Part shown: positions 10,587 through 20,000 of the stretch, in pieces
How positions within the stretch are numbered: position 1 is the first letter of the stretch
Layout of the letters: each line of letters opens with the position of its first letter
The notes under the pieces: generated by a model
Seen by the model: only the letters and a program-made list of their open reading frames with translations
The model's database searches: none
Told to the model about the DNA's origin: nothing
Position numbers and translations under genes: made by a program
From: Balamuthia mandrillaris
Lineage: Eukaryota
Assembly: GCA_031835245.2 (NCBI GenBank)
Contig: JAVKOQ020000083.1
Span: forward strand, 170,402 to 190,401
Direction of reading: 5' to 3'
Length of the DNA: 20,000 nt

Positions 10587-10661
10587 GACTTCTCTCTCTC
10601 TCTTTCTGTATTGTATGCATTACGCCTCCAATCGCAACATTTTCCTTTTTTCCATTTCCAG

Positions 10662-10762
10662 GACGACACGGAAAATTATTATTTTTCCCTTCCGTGTCGA
10701 CGCAAAGTGGGCCGTCACGTCTGTATCGGGACGACATGGAAGTATTCGGGACGACATGAAGT
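10662..10762. promoter_or_regulatory. Cluster of GACGACAYG motifs in the divergent LanCL/PX promoter
   Basis: gacgacacg at 10662-10670. A perfect 10-bp inverted repeat: cgacacggaa (10664-10673) / ttccgtgtcg (10690-10699). A direct repeat tcgggacgacatg at 10726 and 10746. Function is inferred from position. Confidence 0.55.
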
Positions 10763-10840
10763 CGAAAATTCAAACGAAAAAGGGGAAAAAGAAGGAAACA
10801 CTCACTGTTGTTGCGGTGAGCGAGTGAACAGGCCTCCGCA

Positions 10841-13669
10841 ATGGCATCGCGCAGGCTGAGCGGCTGGACGCTGAGCATACCCTCTGCCACCACCAACCCT
10901 GATTATACGGTTCGTTTTTTTTTTTGGTTGTTTGGATATTATCATATATTTTATTTATTTATTTTGTTTTGGGACCATCCTCTCCCTCTTCCATTTTATT
11001 GATACAATCCGCCACCTTGAACGTAACTTTTGGGTTGCTCATCAACAAAAAAAGGTCTACAACATATTCATCAGTGATGGCGTCTCCTCATGGGCAGTTC
11101 CCAAACGTTTCAGCGCTCTGCATGACTTTAAATCGATGGTGTGCTGGTTTTTCTTTCACCCCTATTTTTTTTTGTCTTTCGTTCTTTCTCATCATTTCTT
11201 TCTTCACGTCTTCTCGACCCCATCGTCCATCAGATGGAAGAAAAGTATCCTCGTAAACGGTTCCCACCGTTTCCGCCAAAGAAGCTCTTCGGCTCGAACG
11301 ACCCTGACACCGTGGAGGAGCGCAGGAGAGAGCTGGAGGGCTTTCTGAAGGGCCTGTTGGCCGACTCTGGCTTTCACTGCAAGTACATGCTTCGTTTCCT
11401 GGATCCGCACCACCAAGTACGTTTCTTGCTTCTTGCGTTGTTCTTTCCTCTCTTCTCTCTTCCGTCCACCTCTGCTTCGCTCTCTTCTCCCTTTGTCCTT
11501 GCTGCTTGCTTCTTGCTTCTTGCTTCTTGCTTCTTGCTTCTTGCTTTTTTCTAGCCTCTAATTGCTCCATTGTGACTACAGTCAAACCAAGAGTCAAGTA
11601 TGGACAGAGCCACGTATAGCCACCTACTAGCCATGCAACAAGCAGAGGAAGAGGAAAGAGCAAAGCAAGAGTCGTATGAACAATACAGACAGGACAAATA
11701 CAAAGAGGGAGAGGCACAACAAGAGTCGGACTATGAGGAAGCGGACTCTTATAACTTTTTGCTGCCACCGTTAGTCTTGAACCCACGCGAAGAAGGCTTA
11801 CCAGACGCTATAACGTTGGCCAACGGAGAAACCTGCTATTTGGCAGCATTGTTGGATGACATGCGCACCAATGTGCTCTATTTGCATCATCTTCGACAGC
11901 GATTGGATCGTTGCAGTGGCGACTCTGCTCGCTTAGGCATTCTTGCAGAGCAACGACAGAAGCTTTCGAGCACTTGCGCGGCTGTACGACGAGAAATAGA
12001 CCTCATTCTTCCTTCTTCTTCCATTTCGTCCACTCCGTCATCATTACTAGGAAAAGTAGAGCAGTTGCGATGGGAAAAGGAGCAGTTACAACAACGAACG
12101 CATCGAAGAAGGCCTAACCCTGAGATTCGTTCATTGAGAGGAGCGGCGACGGCGATGAAGAAGTTGCACACGTGGTTGCTGAGAGCAAGAGAGCAGATGA
12201 GCATAGCTCTTCAATGGGCAGAGAGCGCGGAGGAGTCCATCCTGTTGTCTGTTAGCGGTGAAGAAGAAGGAGGTTCCTCCGGGAAGGAAGAGGAGCATCA
12301 TGAACAAGAATTAAATGTAGCGGATCACAACACTTGCCTCGTGGACTTGGACTATAACAGCAACAATGTTAACACCAGCGCATTTCTTCCTCCTCCTGCT
12401 TACTATCACTACATGCCACCACCGATGTATACATCACCATACCCTCCTCCCGCTTATGTTCCATCTCCTCCTCCTTCTTCCTTCTCTTCAACTTCGTCGT
12501 CGTCTGATGTTCCACCATCAACTTCACAACTGCAGCAACAACCTACGTTTGTTCATGCGCCTTTCTATCCAGCACAACATCCGATGATGTTGATGGTGCC
12601 TTCACAAACTGCTTATCCACCTACCGCCACCAATGTTGAGTTGCCTCTTTCCTCCTCCTCTGCTTCATCTTCTTCTTTCACTTTGTCGTCTCCTGCAATC
12701 TTGCCAGCTTCCCTCCTGCCTCCTCCTTATACTAATGTTACTCCTACCTCTTCTTCTCCTACTCTCCCTGATCCATCACTTCAGCCAAATACCGATTCCG
12801 CTATCATTACTCTTCCTCAAGACATAAACCACTCTTCACCGCAACAACCACAACAACAGGTTTCCGCTTCTTCCTCTTCCTTCTCCGAGCCTCTGTTCCC
12901 TCAACCAAAACATCAACAAGATGACTTAGGCCAAGCTCTCCGGTCTCTGGAAGCGGAAGCCGAGCAGTTGGTTCTTGAAGCTATCCGACAACAACAAGAA
13001 GAAGCTGACTCCTCTTCCTCCTCTGCTGCCTCTTCATCCTCTGCATCTCTTCAGGTAGAAGGACAAGTCAGACTGTTCAAAGAGAAAGTGAGACAACTGC
13101 AACTCTCTGTACGAGCTCGTTTTTCCTCCACAGAGGAAGCTCGTCTCGTCCATCAGCGCATCGATGAGATAGCCAGTTATCTCAATGACAACCTCAACTT
13201 TCTTCAAAGCCTTCGCAACGGCCAAACTGCATCGCTCTCTCCACAAGACCAACTTTGTGTGTTTGAGGATCAGGTCTTTCGTCTTCTTCATGATGCAAAT
13301 CTTCTGGAGGAGCGAAGCAAAGCCCAAAACAGCAACGAGGAGAGAAATCATGAGGCTGAAGTGGCGCAGCTGCACCGAAGAATTGTCGCGTTGATGAAGC
13401 AGATGGTGGCTTATTGCTCCATGTTGCAAAAGCAAACTCAACAACAGCAACAACAGAGGCGGGGTGATGATGACGGCGGAAGAGGTTGGCTGATGGACCG
13501 CTTGGAGGACCTGCAGGAAAACTTGGTGGACTTTGAACATAACTTTTGCACCAAGTTCCACGTACAGAAGAGCCTCGGGGATAAGGCGAGAGCTATTTTC
13601 ACCGAGCGGAAGTTGAAGGAGGCCATTCTCCTTCATGAAGCTGCTGCTTCTGATATGTTTGAACTGTAA
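10841..13669 (+). CDS. PX (phox homology) domain protein with Pro/Ser-rich PPxY region and helical C-terminus (~807 aa); exons 10841-10909, 11055-11138, 11234-11416, 11582-13669
   Basis: The spliced N-terminus YTVYNIFISDGVSSWAVPKRFSALHDFKSMMEEKYPRKRFPPFPPKKLFGSNDPDTVEERRRELEGFLKGLL matches the PX signature (KRFS, PPFPPK, EERRxxLExFL). It joins in frame to the 689-aa ORF. Confidence 0.88.
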
Positions 13670-13823
13670 AAAAAAAGAATGAAAAATAACGTTTATCTTC
13701 TTCGTCTGCTCTTAGCAATCAAAAAACATAAAGTCCGAAGCTTTGTTGTTGTTGTACAGTACCCATCTTTGTGGAAGGACATCAAACCATAGGTAGAAGG
13801 AGGTAACTTCGAGGGAGGGAAGG

Positions 13824-14408
13824 TTAGGGAGAAGAAGAAGGAGAAGAAGAAGAAGAAGAAGAAGAACAAGAAGAAGAAGAAGAAGAAGAAGAAGAAGGAG
13901 GAGAAGAAGGAGAAGAGGATGATGAAGACGGACAAGCCTCGCTCATTGAAGATGACGAAGGCCTAGGAGAAACTATCTCATCCCCAGCCGTCGGCTCCTC
14001 CATTGCGAACGAGTATGTCCAGACCTGGAGGGCCGCCCGTCTCTGGCCGAGGAACAGGGTAACATTGCCGGCGAGCAGACTAAAAGTGCAAGGGCGGGTC
14101 GTGTAAGCCTGTAGGTGATCCTCCATGGGGAAGCACAGGCGCGAACTCATGCTCTCATCCACGAAGAACGTCATGACAACCTTGGTGCCGCCTCGTAAAC
14201 GAGGCAGGTGGGGGTGCAACTCACCAGGCCATTCCGAGTTTTGCCAGTCCTCCCCCTGCATGGTTAAGGTTGCGCTGGATTGCAGCGGGATTGCTGGGCA
14301 CATGGGGTTGGGAGTATCTGGGAGTTCCACCACAAGAAAAACGCTCCGGACTCTGCTCAACCAAGAAAGATCTGGGGTAGTGGTCGCGAGGCACAACTTT
14401 CTTTCCAT
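13824..14408 (-). CDS. Hypothetical protein (~194 aa), intronless, paralogue of 15190-15669, poly-Ser tail
   Basis: Shares PxLRGxTKVxMTFFxDExMxxRxCxPxxxHL, TFS and EPTxGDEI with its neighbour. The start (ATG 14408) is inferred. Confidence 0.7.
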   Translation of the reverse strand: MERKLCLATTTPDLSWLSRVRSVFLVVELPDTPNPMCPAIPLQSSATLTMQGEDWQNSEWPGELHPHLPRLRGGTKVVMTFFVDESMSSRLCFPMEDHLQAYTTRPCTFSLLAGNVTLFLGQRRAALQVWTYSFAMEEPTAGDEIVSPRPSSSSMSEACPSSSSSSPSSPPSSSSSSSSSCSSSSSSSSPSSSP

Positions 14409-15022
14409 TCGGTTCACCAACTGTTCTGCTTGGCTTCTGTGAGGCTTGTGTTTGTTCCTCCCTCCTTTGCTCTTTGGGCGTTGCTTTTTTTTTTTGTGGT
14501 TTGTGCGAAGCCTGAGAGATATGGACGTTTGTTTGGTTAACACACCTGTGGCGGCCGCAGTTTGTTGTGCAGCTGTCGGAGCTGTTCGTTTGGCCGGCAG
14601 GAGGGCGCTTCGGCAGCAGCATTTCCTACATGACCGAAAAGAAATGGTGGCGGGGAAAATTAGTGTCGACGAGGACCGCACAGCCAAACCAAACACATAA
14701 CGCTACGTTTTTTTTTTTTTTTTGATTGCTAAGAGCAGACGAAGAAGATAAACGTTATTTTTCATTCTTTTTTTTTTTTTTTTTTGATTGTTTAGAGGTG
14801 GAAATTTCTTTTAGAAAATCCGCAAAGTTTCCGCTCAACTTACCCACGTCGACAAAAATTTGCTTTTGTGTTTTGTTTGAAAAAAAAAAGGCAATAACTT
14901 GGACAGAACAACAACAGGTAGGCTATGGAGATGACGGGGTAGATTTCCTACGCAAAGGAGACAAAGGAGGCGTGGGAGGTGAAGAAGACGATGTTGATGA
15001 CGGAGACGGCGTTGACGAAGCA

Positions 15023-15186
15023 GACGAAGTGGACGAAGTGGTGGTATACGGAGGAGAAGAAGGGGAGGAAGGAGACGAAGAAGACGAAGTCGATGACGGA
15101 GAGGACGTTGACGAAGTGGACGAAGTGGTGGTATACGGAGTAGACAAAGGCGAAGAAGGGGAGGAAGGAGACGAAGAAGACGAAGT
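15023..15186. repeat. Imperfect direct repeat (two copies, ~87-96 bp apart) encoding a Ser/Pro/Thr-rich unit on the minus strand
   Basis: gacgaagtggacgaagtggtggtatacggag and gaaggggaggaaggagacgaagaagacgaagt each occur twice. Confidence 0.85.
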
Positions 15187-15189
15187 TGC

Positions 15190-15669
15190 CTAAGGGGACG
15201 GAGTACGCGAGGCAGACGAAGTAGACGGAGATATCTCATCCCCGCTTGTTGGTTCCTTGTCAAACTCCATGGTAGTCGGCTCATGTACGGATATGTCCAC
15301 GAGGTTTTGATGAAGCTTTACGGTTAAACCATCAAACCTGCAGCTGAAAGTAGCGCTGTTTAGTAAGGGCTTTAGATGTATCTGAATGGGGTAGCAGTTT
15401 CGTGTCCTCATATTCTCGTCCTCGAAGAAGGTCATGATGACCTTGGTTTGGCCACGAAGTTGCGGCGGTTGTTGATACAGCGTGCCACGCCACCTCAGGC
15501 CAACCTTGGTTAAGACCGCACTTATTTGCAATGAGTCGGGAGAGTAGATTGTATCGTGTATCTCTGGGAACTCCATACACAAACAAAAAAGTCGAGGCGT
15601 TGGCCAGCCAAGACGTATCATAGGCATAAGCAGCGCTGGTTGAAGTCGTCGAGCTTTCCATGCTCTCAT
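15190..15669 (-). CDS. Hypothetical protein (~159 aa), intronless, paralogue of 13824-14408; the frame stays open past its TAG to 14923
   Basis: PPQLRGQTKVIMTFFEDENMRTRNCYPIQIHL...EPTSGDEISP aligns with its neighbour. The start (ATG 15669) is inferred. Confidence 0.68.
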   Translation of the reverse strand: MRAWKARRLQPALLMPMIRLGWPTPRLFCLCMEFPEIHDTIYSPDSLQISAVLTKVGLRWRGTLYQQPPQLRGQTKVIMTFFEDENMRTRNCYPIQIHLKPLLNSATFSCRFDGLTVKLHQNLVDISVHEPTTMEFDKEPTSGDEISPSTSSASRTPSP

Positions 15670-15848
15670 CGTGTTGGTTGCGTTGAAGTGGGAGGGGTGG
15701 GGTGGTAGTGTGCGTGGCGGTGCTTGTTGTGCGTTTGCTGCAGGGAGGGAGGACAGAAAGACCAAAAAAAAAAAAAAGGTGCTACGTTTTTTTGCTACGT
15801 TTTTTTTTTTCAAAAAAAAAAACAAAGTTCGCACACATCGTCGGTTGG

Positions 15849-17544
15849 TCAGGCCACAGGGTCAGCGGCGTAGTGCGCAATGGAAGGAGAGCGATAGCCA
15901 TCCTCTCTCCACGTGATCGGGAAGAAGGTCTCCTCCATTTCGGTCTTCCCGTGCATCTTATATCTGCCATAAATGTACTGTACCCAGTTTTGTTTAAAAG
16001 TTAAAACGAGTGTTGAAGAGGAGAGAGAGACGTGGTTAGTTAGAGAGAAAAGGGTGAGATAGAGAGAGAGAATCGTACGCCAACATTGTCTGGCTTGAAT
16101 CGACAGTCGTGACGGATGGCATGAACTGCCAAGCTCCTGCGTATTCTGTCCTTGCTCACGTTTTTACCGGAACCATGCCACAACCTTCCATCCTTGTTGT
16201 TTGTTGTCGAAGGTCAATGATAAGTTACAATAGATAGGAAAGAAGAACGAACATGAAAAGCACATCCACCAATGGGTACTTCCACAGAGACAATGTCTGG
16301 TTGTGCGCCAGAGGCAGCAGCCGCTTTCCTAAGTGCTCTTTGATAGTCCACACTGGTGAAAAAGTCTTTCATGATGCCGCTTTCATCGTCGGCATTGTTG
16401 TTATTTGTTGTTGTCGGCTTCCAAAGATGAGAGCCTCGGGCGTATTGCAGAGTGCCTGCCTCTTCTGTGGTGTCGTCTAATGCTATCCAACATGTCACCA
16501 CTTCATTGGCCTTTAAGAAGCAGAGATGATGGTGAGAGAAGATATCAAGAAAGCAGAAGCTGAAGAAGAAGAAGAAGAACAAGAACAAGAACAAGAACAA
16601 GAAGAACAAGAACAAGACGAAGAAGAAGCAGCAAGAAGCAAAAGTAGAAGCAGAAGAAGCATAAAGACTAACTGGTTCAAGAAAGTCGAAGTAAGGAGAA
16701 TCTTGGTGGAAAGCGACAGCAGCGGTGCCTGGTGGCTTCCACCTGCATATCATTCCGCATAAGCAAGAAGTACTAAAACAGAAAGAAAAGAATAAAGAAA
16801 GAAGAGCAAAAGCCAAAAAGGAAGAGAAGAGAAGAGAGAAGGAGGAGAGGGAGAAAAGGGATGGCAACCAGACGTCATCTTGGGCGATGCGCGTGCCCTG
16901 CCAGCCCATCAGTTGGGAGATGATGCGGCCAAGCCTCTCCGACAGGACAACGCTGGCTATCGTCGTATCGCTTTTCCACTGTCACCCCATCGCAAAAATA
17001 AATAAATATATAAATAAATAAAATAAAATAAAATAAAATAAAATAAAATAAAATAAAATAAAAATAAATAAATAGATAAAATAACATTAAATAACATTAA
17101 ATAAAATAAAACTAAACAAAAATACAAAAAATAATAAATAAATAAACAAAACGTACATACAGCGTTAACGATCTCGCGCGTAACGTCGTCCCTGCTCATG
17201 CCCTTACGCCAGTGCCACTCGTCGGGGTAAACGCCGGTGTCAAACTCGCCGGCAAACAGCGGCTCCACCTTGGCCTGAAGCCGCAAGGCCAGCCGCCGGT
17301 CCAGCAGCTCGGGCAGCACCAAGAAGCCCTCCCTGCGGAACCGCTCCCTCTGCTCGTTGCTCAGCATTCCATTATGCTTTTGGCTGCTGCTGCTGGTGGT
17401 GGAATAGAAATGGCTGCAAAGTGAGGAAGAAGAGGAGGATGAAGATGGGTTGGAAAAGAAGGAAGGAAGGTAAGGTTTTTTAGTCCAGGTGGGTCTGAAG
17501 GCCTTCAGCAGCCCTCCTCTTCCCATCTGCGCAGTGCTGTGCAT
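15849..17544 (-). CDS. Phytanoyl-CoA dioxygenase (PhyH) family Fe(II)/2OG oxygenase with probable mitochondrial transit peptide (~354 aa); exons 17544-17161, 16978-16869, 16742-16673, 16510-16253, 16192-16079, 15977-15849
   Basis: Motifs LSNEQRERFRREGFLVL, KPPGTAAVAFHQDSPY (HxD), VTCWIALDDTTEEAGTLQYARGSHLW, GGCAFHDGRLWHGSGKN (distal His) and RRSLAVH. The exons total 1065 nt in frame. The N-terminus is Ser/Arg/Lys-rich and lacks acidic residues. Confidence 0.92.
16995..17150. repeat. (TAAAA)n/(TAAA)n AT-rich microsatellite, intronic
   Basis: Visible inside PhyH intron 16979-17160. Confidence 0.9.
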
Positions 17545-17573
17545 CTCTTTTCACTTTGTATTAAATGCAATTC

Positions 17574-17634
17574 TTTCATGACGACATGAATATTTGTTCG
17601 TGACGACGTGAACAAATTTCGTGTCGTCATGAAA
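17574..17634. promoter_or_regulatory. Imperfect palindrome with three GACGACRYG motifs in the 122-bp divergent PhyH/ASCC1 promoter
   Basis: The left arm tttcatgacgacatgaatatttgttc (17574-17599) pairs with gaacaaatttcgtgtcgtcatgaaa (17610-17634). Motifs lie at 17580, 17602 and 17620 (reverse). Confidence 0.6.
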
Positions 17635-17666
17635 AGACCCAAAGAAGAAAAGATAAAGACGAAGAA

Positions 17667-19061
17667 ATGGAAGATTACAGCCACGAGGAAGGGATCACCC
17701 TGGTCACGGTGCACGGCAGGACCTTTCGTAAAGCCAAGGTAGACCGTCCGCTCAGCTCGACGCGTCGTCGTAGGGTCTCTGCACCATCATCAACCTCCAC
17801 AACAGCAAACAAAAAGCAAGCCGAAGAGGAACCACGCTTTGAACAAGATGAACCCGTTTGCAGCGCTCTGCCTCCCTCTGCCAACCTCATCGAAGAAGAA
17901 CAGATGATGGTCGACACGGCAGAAGGGGAAGAGGACGCGCTCCCCATCGAACAGGAACCTGACTCTGGGCTCTGCGTGCTGCGCCTGCCCTTGGCGCCCG
18001 CCTTCTACCCGTTCCTCATCGGCAAGGGCGGCCAGATGCGCAGCAAGCTGCAGAGCGACACCGGCACCACCCTCCTCATCCCTCGCCAGGGTGCAGCCCC
18101 GCACCAACAGCAGGTGGTCATCCGCGGTCCCTCCCGGCAGGCCGTGCGCTCGGCCCACAGCCGCATCGAGATCCTCTGCCAGCAGGCCCTGGAGAGGCTC
18201 CCCTATACCCACTTCCTGTCCATCCCTTTGACGACGGATGCGGAGCTCCTCCAGGGCGTGCGCCAGTTTTGTCGGCAACTGCTGCAGGAGGAGCAGCAGG
18301 GCCAGCGGCGTGGCCTGGAGGAGTCCATCCTGGTGGACCCCGCCAAGCTGCATTTGACCCTCCTCATGCTGAAGCTCTACAGCGAGAGGGAGGTGGAGAG
18401 GGCCAAGGAGCTGTTGAGGGGCTGCGCCGCGGCGGTATACGACGTGGTGGGCACGACCTCCCTGAGGGTGGCGCTGACGGGCCTGGAGATGATGAACGAT
18501 GACCCCAGCAGGGTGGATGTGGTGTACATGGGTGTGAAGGAGTTGCAGGAGCCACCGCGATTGCCTGCCGTTTGTAGTTACGTCTCTCTCTCTCTCTCTT
18601 GCGGGTTAACCAACAAACTTTAACAAACATAATATCTATAGAATATCTGCAGAAAGAGTTTTCAAAGGCTGGCCTCATATCAGAGGCTGAGATGCGTCCC
18701 GTAAAGGTTCGTCTTTTCAACAAGAACACAGGCTAATACATAAAGAGACACTGACACAGCATAACATGCACAGCTGCATGCCACGCTTATCAACACGCGG
18801 CTAAGAACACAAGCCGAAGACGGAGGAGAGGAAGAGTCCACCTCAAGTAGACAACAACAAAGAGGAGGAAGAGGCGGAGCAGGAAGAGGAGGAAGCAGAG
18901 ACCAGGAGGAACGGATCCCAATCGATGCCACCCAGCTGCTCAGCCGTCACTCCTCACGAAGCTTTGGCGAGATCAAACTGAGCGGCATTCATCTCTCCCA
19001 ACGGGGAAAGTTTGACGCCTCTGGCTACTACCACTCTATTACTTCCATCTCTTTTCCTTGA
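17667..19061 (+). CDS. ASCC1: Activating signal cointegrator 1 complex subunit 1-like (KH domain + 2H phosphoesterase/AKAP7-like domain, ~420 aa); exons 17667-18576, 18642-18706, 18774-19061
   Basis: KH motif FLIGKGGQMRSKLQSDTGT; also YTHFLSIPL, MMNDDP and GIHLSQRGKFDASGYY. Two HxT motifs: KLHLTLLML and KLHATLIN. Confidence 0.9.
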
Positions 19062-19074
19062 GAAGAAGAAACAA

Positions 19075-19374
19075 CACTCTTCCTCTTTCTCTCTTTCTCT
19101 TTCTCGTTCGTCCTTTCTCTTTCTCTTTCGTCGTTTCTCTTTCGTCGTTTCTCTTTCTCTTTCGTCGTTTCTCTTTCTCTTTCTCTTTCTCTTTCTCTTT
19201 CTCTTTCTCTTTCTCTTTCTCTTTCTCTTTCTCTTTCTCTTTCTCTTTCTTTCTTTTCTCTCTTTCGTCGCTTTCTTTCGTCGTTTCTCTTTCTTTCGTC
19301 GTTTCTCTTTCTCTTTCGTCGTTTCTTCTTTCTCTTTCTCTTTCTTTCTTTCTTCTTCTTTCTTTCTTTCTCTT

Positions 19375-19415
<41 letters not shown>
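19075..19415. repeat. Pyrimidine-rich (TTTCTC)n/(CT)n compound microsatellite, intergenic
   Basis: Directly visible between the ASCC1 stop and the next gene. Confidence 0.93.
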
Positions 19416-19416
<1 letters not shown>

Positions 19417-19481
19417 AGATATTAGCAATTTTACTATCAAAAACTACAGGAAAAAAAAACAACAAAGTCAAAAGAGAGAAG

Positions 19482-20000
19482 ATGAAGAGGAAGACGCCGG
19501 TCATCACCATAGATGAGTATGAAGAACAAGAGGAAGAGGAAGAAGAGGAAGAAGAAGAAGAAGAAGAGCTTGAAATATCGAATGGTAGACACGATCACGG
19601 CTTGACTTGCTTCTTCCTCCCTTTCGTTAACAAACATGTGCTCGCCTCTTAGTTTCGCTCCTTTTCTCACGCTGTGAAACACACACACACACAGTGGGAG
19701 AGGCCCTCTACACCCAACTCGACTCCGTAGAGCAAGGCGTCTTCGCTTTCAGCGACCGCTACCCTCTGGCCATGTTGCCTGAGCTCTTTTGCCCCACGCT
19801 CGGCGTCATCCCTTTGCCCCTCACGGAACGGACGCTGCCCGACCTCAAGGCCCTCTGCGAGCAGGCCCCCTTTGGAGTGCGTGACAAAACCGTGGTGGAC
19901 ACCTCCTACCGCAACACCTGGCAGCTCTCTCCTTCCCCTGGTGATGGCGAGGCAACAGGCTTCAGCCTGCAGAACCCCGAGTGGGATGGGGCCATGCAAA
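19482..20000 (+). CDS. 2OG-Fe(II) oxygenase domain-containing protein, 5' part; exons 19482-19584, 19695->20000
   Basis: Not in the ORF track because no stop falls in the window. MKRKTPVITIDEYEE(n)LEISN joins through a phase-1 intron to ...LGVIPLPLTERTLPDLKALCEQAPFGVRDKTVVDTSYRNTWQL...FSLQNPEW. This matches the N-terminal pattern (GxIxLPL, APFG, TxxDxSxRxTWxL, NPxW) of a bacterial/fungal/protist 2OG-Fe(II) oxygenase family. The catalytic residues lie beyond the window. Confidence 0.75.

Noticed and set aside
14726..15193. Acidic 155-aa plus-strand ORF (D/E/G/V-rich)
   Set aside because: It is the antisense shadow of the Ser/Pro/Thr repeat tail, starts at a non-ATG codon and runs through poly-T.
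19012..19516. ORFs of 133-152 aa rich in FL, SF or KE
   Set aside because: Translations of the intergenic (TTTCTC)n microsatellite.
19667..19999. 110-aa minus-strand ORF at the window end
   Set aside because: It is antisense to the plus-strand 2OG-Fe(II) oxygenase exon, which has recognisable family motifs.
15849..20000. ASCC1 flanked by two 2OG-Fe(II) oxygenases as an alkylation-repair cluster
   Set aside because: ASCC works with AlkB-family ALKBH3, but neither neighbour looks AlkB-like. Eukaryotic adjacency alone is weak evidence.

Overview
Gene-dense, intron-rich eukaryotic DNA. It has short GT-AG introns full of microsatellites and a bacterial-type trehalose synthase, which suggests a free-living amoeba (Amoebozoa, Balamuthia/Acanthamoeba-like); this taxonomic call is inference. 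I spliced ten protein-coding genes by hand: the 3' part of TreS (+); a PBZ zinc finger + ENT/TerB-like + PARP-catalytic protein (-); an 18-exon secreted protein built from YadA-head/tail-fibre-like repeats (+); a signal-peptide-bearing LanC-like protein missing one Zn-ligand Cys (-); a PX-domain protein with PPxY motifs (+); two intronless tandem paralogues of an unrecognised family (-); a PhyH-family dioxygenase (-); ASCC1 (+); and the 5' part of a 2OG-Fe(II) oxygenase (+). The standout is the gene at 5195-8544, which the ORF track does not show as a gene. Each repeat sits on its own symmetric phase-1 micro-exon (14 consecutive exons of exactly 57 nt), four exon+intron units are recent tandem duplicates, and the C-terminus resembles bacterial/phage fibre proteins. 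A GACGACRYG motif, arranged in palindromes, recurs in two divergent promoters. Most ORF-track entries are microsatellite or antisense artefacts.
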